The notes beneath the pieces are model-generated. The model was not told where the DNA came from. It ran no database searches and saw only the letters and a program-made list of their open reading frames with translations. A DNA stretch of 22,508 nt, taken from assembly GCA_034717975.1 (NCBI GenBank), contig JAYEMF010000021.1:1-22508 (forward strand). The letters run 5' to 3'. The stretch is from Campylobacterota bacterium (GTDB lineage Bacteria; Campylobacterota; Campylobacteria; Campylobacterales; Sulfurimonadaceae). Shown here in pieces: positions 15,601 through 22,508 of this stretch. The position numbers and the translations under genes are program-made. Position 1 is the first letter of the stretch. Each line of letters opens with the position of its first letter.

Positions 15601-17056
15601 CCTCAAACAGGTCAACCCGAAAGCTACCATTACAGTGAAGCTGGTTTCAACAGCTGGCGTAGGAACGATTGCAGCCGGTGTAGCCAAAGCGTATGCCGAC
15701 AAGATCATCATCTCAGGTGGTGACGGCGGTACGGGCGCTGCACCGCTTACGTCGATCAAGTTTGCGGGTAACCCGTGGGAACTTGGCCTTTCGGAAGCAC
15801 ACAATGCCCTTAAAGCCAACCATCTGCGTGAAATGGTGGAACTTCAGACGGACGGTGGTCTCAAGACCGGTCTGGATGTAATTAAAGCGGCCCTGCTTGG
15901 TTCAGAGAGCTATGCCTTCGGTACGGGCGTCCTGACTATTGTCGGATGTAAGATGCTGCGTATCTGTCATGTCAACCGCTGTTCAGTCGGTGTTGCGACA
16001 CAAAACGAGGAGCTTCGTAAAGAGCACTTCACCGGTAATGTCGATCAGGTTGTCAACTACTTTACCCTGATGGCTGAAGATGTTCGTGGCATTATGGCGG
16101 AACTCGGGTTTGCGACGATGGAAGAGATGATCGGCCGCAGTGACCTGCTGAATGTTGTTGAAGATAAGTTCGCTGAGAAATTTGACTTTAGTGCTCTCCT
16201 TCATCAGGAAGAGGGTGTCAATACCTGTCAGGTTGCATCCAATGACCCTTTTGATCCGAATGAGTTTGAAAAAGATGTCCTTGATGAAGCGATGACAGCG
16301 ATCAAGCATCCGGAACACCCTATCCGTATCAAGCGTGAGATCTGCAACCTGAACCGTAGTTTCGGTGCACGTATCAGTGGTGAGATTGCACAGTTTTACG
16401 GCGACACAGGTCTTAAAGAAGATACGATCGCAATCGATCTTGAAGGGATAGCCGGACAGGCACTCGGCGCATTCTTGATCAACGGTATCTCTATCCGTCT
16501 CAAAGGGTATGCAAACGACTACATCGGTAAGGGTATGCATGGCGGTAAGATCATTATCACTGCCGAGCATGAAGGCCAGGAGTTCAGTTCCGGCGGTAAT
16601 ACCTGTCTGTATGGTGCAACGGGCGGTAAGCTCTATATCAATGGCTCAGTCGGCGAGCGATTTGCGGTTCGCAACTCAGGTGCCCTGGCCATTGTCGAAG
16701 GAACGGGTGACAATGCCTGTGAATATATGACCGGCGGTATCGTTGCCATCCTCGGGTCAACGGGTAACAACTTCGGCGCGGGTATGACCGGTGGTATTGC
16801 CTTTGTTTATGATGAAGATCATACCTTCGTTGAAAATGTCAACCATGAACTGGTTGAAGCCGTTCGTATAGACACGGATGATGGTGACGAAGCACGTCAC
16901 TATCTTAAACGCCTGCTGAAAAACTATGTGGTCGAGACAGGCAGTGAGAAAGCAAAAGAGCTGCTTGACAACTTCCGTGTCGAGATCAGAAATTTCTGGC
17001 TCGTCAGACCGAAAAACCTGAAGAAACTTCCGTTAAATACCGAGAAAGGGGATTAA
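12617..17056 (+). CDS. gltB: Glutamate synthase large subunit
   Basis: DN|CGFG Ntn-amidotransferase start after a 14-aa propeptide; HQRFSTNT, HNGEIN, QGAKPGEGGQLPGHKV, a CxxxxxCxxxxC 3Fe-4S motif and a GXGXG domain. Confidence 0.98.
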   Translation: MVEHHDLLRSFKDNCGFGLIANIKNRASHETLENAITALERMMHRGAVAADGKTGDGSGLLLSMPTKFMRAAAKAENIELPKLFAVATVFTKDKAHLDVLEQVCTANDLKIVLKRDVPLDTEALGKQALETLPHIVHAFIIPNSIMADQRFDALLYLSRKETEHKLVSDSDFYIASMSARVISYKGLVMPTHIKEFYKDLQDESFKISFSLFHQRFSTNTLPQWRLAQPFRAVAHNGEINSVEGNRFNVAIKSESIKSDVFTDDEIKRLLPILQPGSSDSASADNFFEFLIANGMDFFKAARGVIPAPWQNAPHMDPELRAFYEYHSTVFEAWDGPAAFSLTDGRYIGCVLDRNGLRPSKYIITKDDTLLITSEYGVNDIPESEIKERGRLQSGEMIGLDLKFGKVLKDREINDYLKSSNTYMKWLNEHMVYLQEHIDTNYGEPAPFESDELVRRQRYCNITQEIIEQVIEPMIKDGKEAVGSMGDDTPLAAFSEKQRNFSDYFKQKFAQVTNPPIDPIREKVVMSLNTGFGEIHNILDEIPTHAQRLKAISPIITREKFEVLKSFGDKKSPRYQAFYYNKTFSTAYTGSLKPALHNLVDTVVHAVKEDGVRIVILDDAGFDAEHITMPMLMAVGRINQALLKEKVRHLVSIIAVTGEVYDSHGAASLIGYGASAVYPNLFFSSVAKIVENSTVCEMTCGEALKNVHAALNGGLLKIMSKMGIATIASYRNSGLFDVIGLSREMAEDCFGDSHVLIPGLGYEDIDERLKTAHKAAFEESGFNRIFPLNIGGFYKFYSGQEYHDFGPAVIHAIHATVKSGKKKDFDHLKSLVNGRGLKFIRDFFDIKSDRKPIDISEVEPKEAVFKRFASAAMSLGSISPEAHEAIAEAMNRIGAQSNSGEGGEDAERFESSRNSKIKQVASGRFGVTPAYLRSAEEIQIKVAQGAKPGEGGQLPGHKVTGLIARLRHTVPGVTLISPPPHHDIYSIEDLAQLIYDLKQVNPKATITVKLVSTAGVGTIAAGVAKAYADKIIISGGDGGTGAAPLTSIKFAGNPWELGLSEAHNALKANHLREMVELQTDGGLKTGLDVIKAALLGSESYAFGTGVLTIVGCKMLRICHVNRCSVGVATQNEELRKEHFTGNVDQVVNYFTLMAEDVRGIMAELGFATMEEMIGRSDLLNVVEDKFAEKFDFSALLHQEEGVNTCQVASNDPFDPNEFEKDVLDEAMTAIKHPEHPIRIKREICNLNRSFGARISGEIAQFYGDTGLKEDTIAIDLEGIAGQALGAFLINGISIRLKGYANDYIGKGMHGGKIIITAEHEGQEFSSGGNTCLYGATGGKLYINGSVGERFAVRNSGALAIVEGTGDNACEYMTGGIVAILGSTGNNFGAGMTGGIAFVYDEDHTFVENVNHELVEAVRIDTDDGDEARHYLKRLLKNYVVETGSEKAKELLDNFRVEIRNFWLVRPKNLKKLPLNTEKGD

Positions 17057-17057
17057 G

Positions 17058-18440
17058 ATGAGAGAATTTATCAATACAGGACGCATCGACCCTTCCAAAC
17101 GTCTGGTCGTCGAACGTACAAAAGATTTTAATGAGATTTATGACCTCTTTGGCAAACATGATGCCGCCTCGCAGAGTGAACGCTGTATTCAGTGCGGTGA
17201 CCCTTTCTGTCTGAATAAATGTCCACTGCAGAACTATATCCCGCAGTGGCTCAAAGCAGTGGCTGAGAAAAATCTTGAATTTGCTTTCAAACTTTCGAAT
17301 GAGCCATCACCGTTTCCTGAAGTTATGGGACGCGTCTGTCCGCATGACAGACTCTGTGAAGGGGACTGTACGCTCAATGACGGCCATGGTGCGATCACGA
17401 TCGGGTCGGTTGAGACCTTCATCAGTGAAGAGGGCTTCAAACAGGGGCTTAAGCCTGAATTTCCGGGTATAACAAGTGATAAAAAAGTCGCTATCATCGG
17501 TTCGGGACCGGCGGGTATGTCAGCGGCTACCTACCTGCTTCGTTCAGGCGTCGGTGTGACGATGTATGAGCGTGCTGACCGAGCGGGTGGTCTGTTGACC
17601 TATGGTATACCGAACTTCAAACTCGATAAAAAGATTGTTGAACGCCGTATCAACCTGCTGCTTGAAGCAGGAATGGAGCTGGTACTTGAGTGTGAGGTCG
17701 GTAAAGATATTACCTTTGAAGAGATCGCGGACAATCATGATGCCATCTTCCTGGGTGTAGGTGCAACCAAGGCAAAAGGGGCACGTCTTACCGGCGAAAA
17801 TGCTCCGAATGTTTATGCTTCTATGGAGTATCTGACGGCTATCCAGCGTAAAAATTTCAACCTTGACTATGACAAACAGTTTGACTTTAAAGATCATGAT
17901 GTTGTAGTTATTGGTGGTGGGGATACGGCAATGGACTGTGTCCGTACTGCCAAACGTGAAGGGGCCAAAAGTGTAAACTGTCTCTATCGCCGTGATGCCC
18001 ACAATATGCCAGGTTCACAAAAAGAGTACAAAAATGCGATGGAAGAGGGTGTAGACTTTACGTTCTATGTAGCTCCGAAAGAGATTGTACTTGCTGAAGA
18101 TGGCAGAGCCATTTCCGTCAAGATGATCAAGACGATTCTCGGTGCCAAAGATGAGAGCGGCCGTCAGCGTATGGAAGAGGTTAAAGGGAGTGAGTTCACT
18201 GTACAGGCAGATGTTATTATTCTCGCTCTCGGTTTTGATCCGGAGGTACCATCTTTCCTTGCAGAGAACGGGATCGAGACGAATGAGTGGGGTGGTGTTA
18301 CAATCAACGAGAACCATGAGACGACAACAGCCGGTATCTATGCCGGCGGAGACTGTTACCGTGGTGCAGACCTGGTCGTAACAGCTGCCTATGACGGGCG
18401 CGAAGCAGCCCGTTCTATCGTTAAGTCCATTTTAGCTTAA
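17058..18440 (+). CDS. gltD: Glutamate synthase small subunit
   Basis: RCIQCGDPFC..CP, GRVCPHDRLCEGDC, GSGPAG, GGGDTAMDC, YAGGD; directly after gltB. Confidence 0.97.
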   Translation: MREFINTGRIDPSKRLVVERTKDFNEIYDLFGKHDAASQSERCIQCGDPFCLNKCPLQNYIPQWLKAVAEKNLEFAFKLSNEPSPFPEVMGRVCPHDRLCEGDCTLNDGHGAITIGSVETFISEEGFKQGLKPEFPGITSDKKVAIIGSGPAGMSAATYLLRSGVGVTMYERADRAGGLLTYGIPNFKLDKKIVERRINLLLEAGMELVLECEVGKDITFEEIADNHDAIFLGVGATKAKGARLTGENAPNVYASMEYLTAIQRKNFNLDYDKQFDFKDHDVVVIGGGDTAMDCVRTAKREGAKSVNCLYRRDAHNMPGSQKEYKNAMEEGVDFTFYVAPKEIVLAEDGRAISVKMIKTILGAKDESGRQRMEEVKGSEFTVQADVIILALGFDPEVPSFLAENGIETNEWGGVTINENHETTTAGIYAGGDCYRGADLVVTAAYDGREAARSIVKSILA

Positions 18441-18445
18441 CGCCT

Positions 18446-19198
18446 ATGTATCAGCCGTTTGTCGATGCAGCGCTTCTCGCCTGCAAGAAGGTGGCTGAAT
18501 CAATTGACTCCAACAAAGAACTCTCAGCCTACCTGCCTCAGGAGATTGGTGCCGGAGGCGATATAAGCATCGGCTTCGATATGATGGCTGAAGCGATCTT
18601 TATTGAACATCTGTCATCGTTTGGAACGATCTCATCCGAAGAGAGCGGTCTTATCGGATCTTCTTCCGATTGTCTTATTATTCTCGATCCTGTTGACGGC
18701 AGTGATAATCTCAAATCGAAATTTCCCTATTACGGTGCTTCCATTGCTCTGCAGGAAGCCGGTGTGACGGTTGTCGGTATAGTCTGCAACTTTGCCAATG
18801 GCGACTGTTTTGTGCGTAATCAGAATGAATATTACAAGAGCTCGATTTTCGATACGGCAAGCCATGAAACTGTTAAGTCTCATACCTACGGCAGGGTCGG
18901 TCTGTTTGAAAAAGCACATGAGCATCCGGATATGATTCAGGTATTGATGGAACATGGCCTTAAATTCAGGTCACCGGGTGCTGTGGCACTCTCTTTGGCC
19001 TATGCACATTATGTTAAATATGTGCTATTTTTCGGTACAATGCGCTCATATGATTTGGAAGCGGGACTCTTTTTGTGTCAAGAGCTTTATTGCTATCAGG
19101 ATGATGAAATCCTGATCATTTCCAAAGAAGAAGAGACTTATCAATTATTATTAACATTATTTCAAAGGGGCAGAAGTGAGCATTCTAGATATATTTAG
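18446..19198 (+). CDS. Inositol monophosphatase/FBPase-family protein
   Basis: SEESG and ILDPVDGS metal-binding motifs; RSPGAVAL and YDLEAG. Confidence 0.85.
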   Translation: MYQPFVDAALLACKKVAESIDSNKELSAYLPQEIGAGGDISIGFDMMAEAIFIEHLSSFGTISSEESGLIGSSSDCLIILDPVDGSDNLKSKFPYYGASIALQEAGVTVVGIVCNFANGDCFVRNQNEYYKSSIFDTASHETVKSHTYGRVGLFEKAHEHPDMIQVLMEHGLKFRSPGAVALSLAYAHYVKYVLFFGTMRSYDLEAGLFLCQELYCYQDDEILIISKEEETYQLLLTLFQRGRSEHSRYI

Positions 19199-20087
19199 TG
19201 GTTCAGGCAGGAAAGAGACAAAGAGTGAGCCATCTGCGCACTGGGTGAAATGTAAATCGTGCGATGCTCTGATGTACTATAAAGAGATCGAAAATCAGCA
19301 CTATGTCTGTCCTAAATGCGGTTTTCACTTGCGTATAGGTGTAAAAGAACGTCTCTCTATTATGACAGATCCGGGCAGTTTTGTTGAGTATGATGCAACA
19401 CTGAAACCGGTCGACCCACTGAAGTTTGTCGATAAGAAAAGCTATGTCAAACGTGTGGAAGAAGGGGTTGCAAAGACGGGACGAAGCTCTTCTGTTGTCA
19501 GCGGTGAGTGTACGATCGACGGTGTTCCGGCGCAGCTTGTGATTTTTGACTTCTCTTTTATGGGCGGATCGCTTGGTTCGGTTGAAGGTGAAAAGATCGT
19601 CAGAGCGATTACCCGTGCGATCGAAAAACGACAGGGTGTCATTATTGCCAGTGCCAGTGGTGGTGCACGTATGCAGGAGAGTACCTTTTCACTGCTTCAG
19701 ATGAGTAAAACATCTGCAGCCCTTGCGAGACTTGCTGAGGAGAAGCTCCCCTATATCTCACTGCTTACCGATCCGACCATGGGTGGGGTTAGTGCCTCAT
19801 TTGCGACACTGGGTGATATCATAATCGCGGAACCGGGAGCCCTGATCGGATTTGCCGGAGCACGCGTTATTGAGCAGACTATCGGTTCGGCACTTCCCGA
19901 TGGCTTTCAGCGTGCCGAATTTTTACTTGAAAAAGGTTCCATCGATATGATCGTCAGTCGTAGTGAACTGAAGCATACGATTGGTGATCTTCTACGGGTA
20001 TTTTTAAATCTTGAAAGACAGTCACCTCACCGGCGTATAGAAGATCAGCTTACGGACTCTTCGCCGCAAAGCCATTCGCTTTACTAA
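19176..20087 (+). CDS. accD: Acetyl-CoA carboxylase carboxyltransferase beta subunit
   Basis: WVKCKSC...VCPKC zinc ribbon; FMGGSLGSVEGEK, SGGARMQE, PTMGGVSASFA. Confidence 0.97.
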   Translation: MSILDIFSGSGRKETKSEPSAHWVKCKSCDALMYYKEIENQHYVCPKCGFHLRIGVKERLSIMTDPGSFVEYDATLKPVDPLKFVDKKSYVKRVEEGVAKTGRSSSVVSGECTIDGVPAQLVIFDFSFMGGSLGSVEGEKIVRAITRAIEKRQGVIIASASGGARMQESTFSLLQMSKTSAALARLAEEKLPYISLLTDPTMGGVSASFATLGDIIIAEPGALIGFAGARVIEQTIGSALPDGFQRAEFLLEKGSIDMIVSRSELKHTIGDLLRVFLNLERQSPHRRIEDQLTDSSPQSHSLY

Positions 20088-20096
20088 GTCTTGCCA

Positions 20097-20660
20097 ATGA
20101 GACTCTATGCTTTGTGCGACGAAGAGACTCTCGTCCGCAAAAACAGTTCACTTGAAACCTTTGTCAATCTCTGCCGCTCTAAAAATGCCGAGATTATCCA
20201 ATACCGCAGTAAAAACGGTGATACCGCTTCCATTAAATCTTCATTGATCCAGCTTAGAAAACTGTGGGATGGCTTTTTAATCGTCAATGACCGGTATGAA
20301 CTTACCCCTTATTGTGACGGTGTCCATATTGGTCAGGAAGATCTGCTTGCCATTGATGCCGATCCTGCTAAAGCAGTTGAGACTGTACGTTCTGTTATCG
20401 GTACAGACAAGATTATCGGTATTTCAACGCACAATGCCGAAGAGATCAGCAAGACTAATGAACTAGATATCAATTACATCGGTTTAGGTGCATACCGACC
20501 AACGACGACCAAAGATGTTTCTACGGTCCTAGAGAATAAGCTTGATGCACTTGCTGCCAAATCTGAACATCCTGTTGCCGCCATCGGCGGTGTTCGTTTT
20601 GATGATACGTTCGAGCATGTGACTTATCATGTGATCGGGAGTGCCCTTTATGAAAATTGA
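20097..20660 (+). CDS. thiE: Thiamine-phosphate synthase (TenI/ThiE family)
   Basis: [30 protein letters not shown] and VAAIGG motifs. Confidence 0.85.
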   Translation: MRLYALCDEETLVRKNSSLETFVNLCRSKNAEIIQYRSKNGDTASIKSSLIQLRKLWDGFLIVNDRYELTPYCDGVHIGQEDLLAIDADPAKAVETVRSVIGTDKIIGISTHNAEEISKTNELDINYIGLGAYRPTTTKDVSTVLENKLDALAAKSEHPVAAIGGVRFDDTFEHVTYHVIGSALYEN

Positions 20661-21108
20661 GCTGTTCTCGATCGCAAAAAAAGAGCGTACTATCTATGAT
20701 CCGCTCTATAAAGAGCTTCAAAAGATGAGTTCACGCTTTGCAAAAATCGAAGATATCGAACTCTTTCCCAAGGATGTTACAAAAGCACACACCATTGGTC
20801 CGGAAGCCTCCCAAACAGCTTATACAACCGTTTTAACACCTTATATTAACAGCGGATATACAATTGCGTTACATCCTGATGGAAAATTAATCGATAGTTT
20901 TGAGTTTAGTAAGCTTTTAAGTGATAAACTATCGGTGAAATTTTTCATAGGCGGCGCATACGGCTTTGAAGATGGCTTTTTAAAACAGTGCGATAAGGTG
21001 ATCAGCCTTGGCAGATTGACGATGAGTCATAAAATTGCCAAGGCTGTTTTGCTCGAACAGATCTATCGCGGTTTCGCTATCTTGAGCAATCACCCCTACC
21101 ACAAATAA
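20650..21108 (+). CDS. rlmH: 23S rRNA (pseudouridine1915-N3)-methyltransferase
   Basis: [17 protein letters not shown] and LLEQIYR..NHPYHK SPOUT signature; start at ATG 20650 (MKIELF). Confidence 0.95.
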   Translation: MKIELFSIAKKERTIYDPLYKELQKMSSRFAKIEDIELFPKDVTKAHTIGPEASQTAYTTVLTPYINSGYTIALHPDGKLIDSFEFSKLLSDKLSVKFFIGGAYGFEDGFLKQCDKVISLGRLTMSHKIAKAVLLEQIYRGFAILSNHPYHK

Positions 21109-21118
21109 GGATACCTCG

Positions 21119-21469
21119 GTGAGAGAAAACGAATTGCAATATTTTGGAGAGATCCTTCAAGATCGTAAAGTACAGATTTTAAAGAACATTTCCGGTGTTG
21201 AACAAGAGCTCAATGCCCTTCGCGAGCTAGAACTCAATGATGAGGGCGATTTCGCTTCTGTCAGTAACGATAACATGGTAGAAACTGCCATCGGTACACA
21301 GCAGGAGATGGAACTCGTTGAGATCGAGATAGCACTTCAGAAGATCAGAGATGGTTTGTATAATGTCTGTGAAATGTGTGAAGAGCAGATCGGTATCCAA
21401 CGACTGAAAGTCAAACCACATGCAAAATACTGCATCGATTGCCGGGAAATAGCAGAAAAACAACAATAA
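21119..21469 (+). CDS. dksA: RNA polymerase-binding protein DksA
   Basis: DEGD coiled-coil tip and CEMC...CIDC zinc finger; AAGGA RBS before a GTG start. Confidence 0.92.
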   Translation: MRENELQYFGEILQDRKVQILKNISGVEQELNALRELELNDEGDFASVSNDNMVETAIGTQQEMELVEIEIALQKIRDGLYNVCEMCEEQIGIQRLKVKPHAKYCIDCREIAEKQQ

Positions 21470-21482
21470 CCAAGGAGTTGAC

Positions 21483-22496
21483 ATGCATATAAGACAATAT
21501 ACAATAGCCACGATCATCTTTATGATCATAATGGGCTGGTACACTTTTGCGTTTATCACTCAAGAGAGTGCAACGATTGATCTTTTTATCCTGCATCTGA
21601 CCCTTCCTGTCGCTTTTTGGGTAGTAGTACCGGTACTGCTTTTCTACTTTGCAAGCGTTTTTCATATGCTTTACTACTGGATTGTACTTCGTTTGAGACT
21701 GCGCCAGTTTAAAAGTGATTTTGCAAAGTTGACTGAAGCGATCAGCGATGCTTACCTTGGGAAAGCCAATCGCAACACTCTCTATAAAACAGAGCGCTAC
21801 AAACTGCTTGGCAAACTGATTGACAGATCTATAATGATTCCTTCCGACACGCTTCTCGAAGTGGGTGAAGAGAAGATCGACAGTACACTTTCTCTTCTCA
21901 ACGCAGTCAGAAATGGTGAAAGCATAGAGTTGAAAAAAGTTCAGCTTGATAAGAACAACCCTATCGTTGTTAACAATCTGATCAACCGTATTGAAAACGG
22001 AGATATGAAAGCGGCAAATATATTGAGTAAGTCAGATGCCTACAGTGAAGAGGTATGTGCCAAGGCTTTTGATCTGATGGTGCCCGATCAGCCGCTCTAT
22101 GAGCTGGAAAAATATAAAAGCCATATGAGTAAAGCAACACTGTTCAATCTGATGAAACATATCGGTGTCGATAAGAACAAACTTGAAGTATCCAACGAAT
22201 CAATGATCACCATGATCAGCGAACATACTCTTGATGAAGATGAATTTGTTGCGCTTTCAAAAATTCTTTCAAAATCGCTCTTGCCAGATCAGCGTATCAA
22301 GATTTTCGAGATGCTCTATGACAAAAATGATGAAGCCACGGCTGCCTACCTCTATACACTTTTTGATCTTGAGATGATTGAACTGGCTGATGAAGTGCTA
22401 AATCAGGTCAGACCGGATGAATATATGGCTTTCAGAGCCTATCGTGACCTTAAGGCGGTCAATAAACATTACGTCATCGATCTCTTCGTAAAATAA
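21483..22496 (+). CDS. Conserved membrane protein (two N-terminal TM segments, LapA-like start, helical cytoplasmic domain)
   Basis: AAGGAG RBS; TM-beta-LPVAFW-TM N-terminus; occupies the usual position after dksA in Campylobacterota. Confidence 0.75.
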   Translation: MHIRQYTIATIIFMIIMGWYTFAFITQESATIDLFILHLTLPVAFWVVVPVLLFYFASVFHMLYYWIVLRLRLRQFKSDFAKLTEAISDAYLGKANRNTLYKTERYKLLGKLIDRSIMIPSDTLLEVGEEKIDSTLSLLNAVRNGESIELKKVQLDKNNPIVVNNLINRIENGDMKAANILSKSDAYSEEVCAKAFDLMVPDQPLYELEKYKSHMSKATLFNLMKHIGVDKNKLEVSNESMITMISEHTLDEDEFVALSKILSKSLLPDQRIKIFEMLYDKNDEATAAYLYTLFDLEMIELADEVLNQVRPDEYMAFRAYRDLKAVNKHYVIDLFVK

Positions 22497-22508
22497 GATT
22501 AAACTCAA

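Noticed and set aside
12628..18381. Many antisense and alternate-frame ORFs over gltB/gltD (and over the Sel1, symporter and GGDEF genes)
   Set aside because: Shadow ORFs of well-supported genes, with no recognisable motifs.

Overview
Bacterial chromosome segment, most likely from a free-living Campylobacterota (Sulfurimonas/Sulfurovum-like). This is inferred from the short epsilon-type RecO, the IMPase-accD-rlmH-dksA-membrane protein gene order and AAGGA ribosome-binding sites. The left ~6.8 kb is an accessory region. It holds three Sel1-like-repeat proteins (one 5'-truncated and fused to a KPWWKFW-tailed domain), a secreted LecA/PA-IL-like protein and three exported hypothetical proteins. 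It also holds a ~164-bp non-coding element with perfect 19-bp terminal inverted repeats enclosing a REP-like palindrome pair, one copy of which is interrupted by a 28-bp insert. The middle has a DUF4395 plus Cys-less CymR-like Rrf2 regulator operon with a candidate operator, a small membrane protein plus sodium:solute symporter, and a TM-PAS-GGDEF-EAL protein. The right ~10.7 kb is housekeeping: recO, gltB, gltD, an inositol monophosphatase-family gene, accD, thiE, rlmH, dksA and a membrane protein. No rRNA, tRNA, CRISPR array or transposase was seen. All family calls come from motif recognition by eye; no searches were run.
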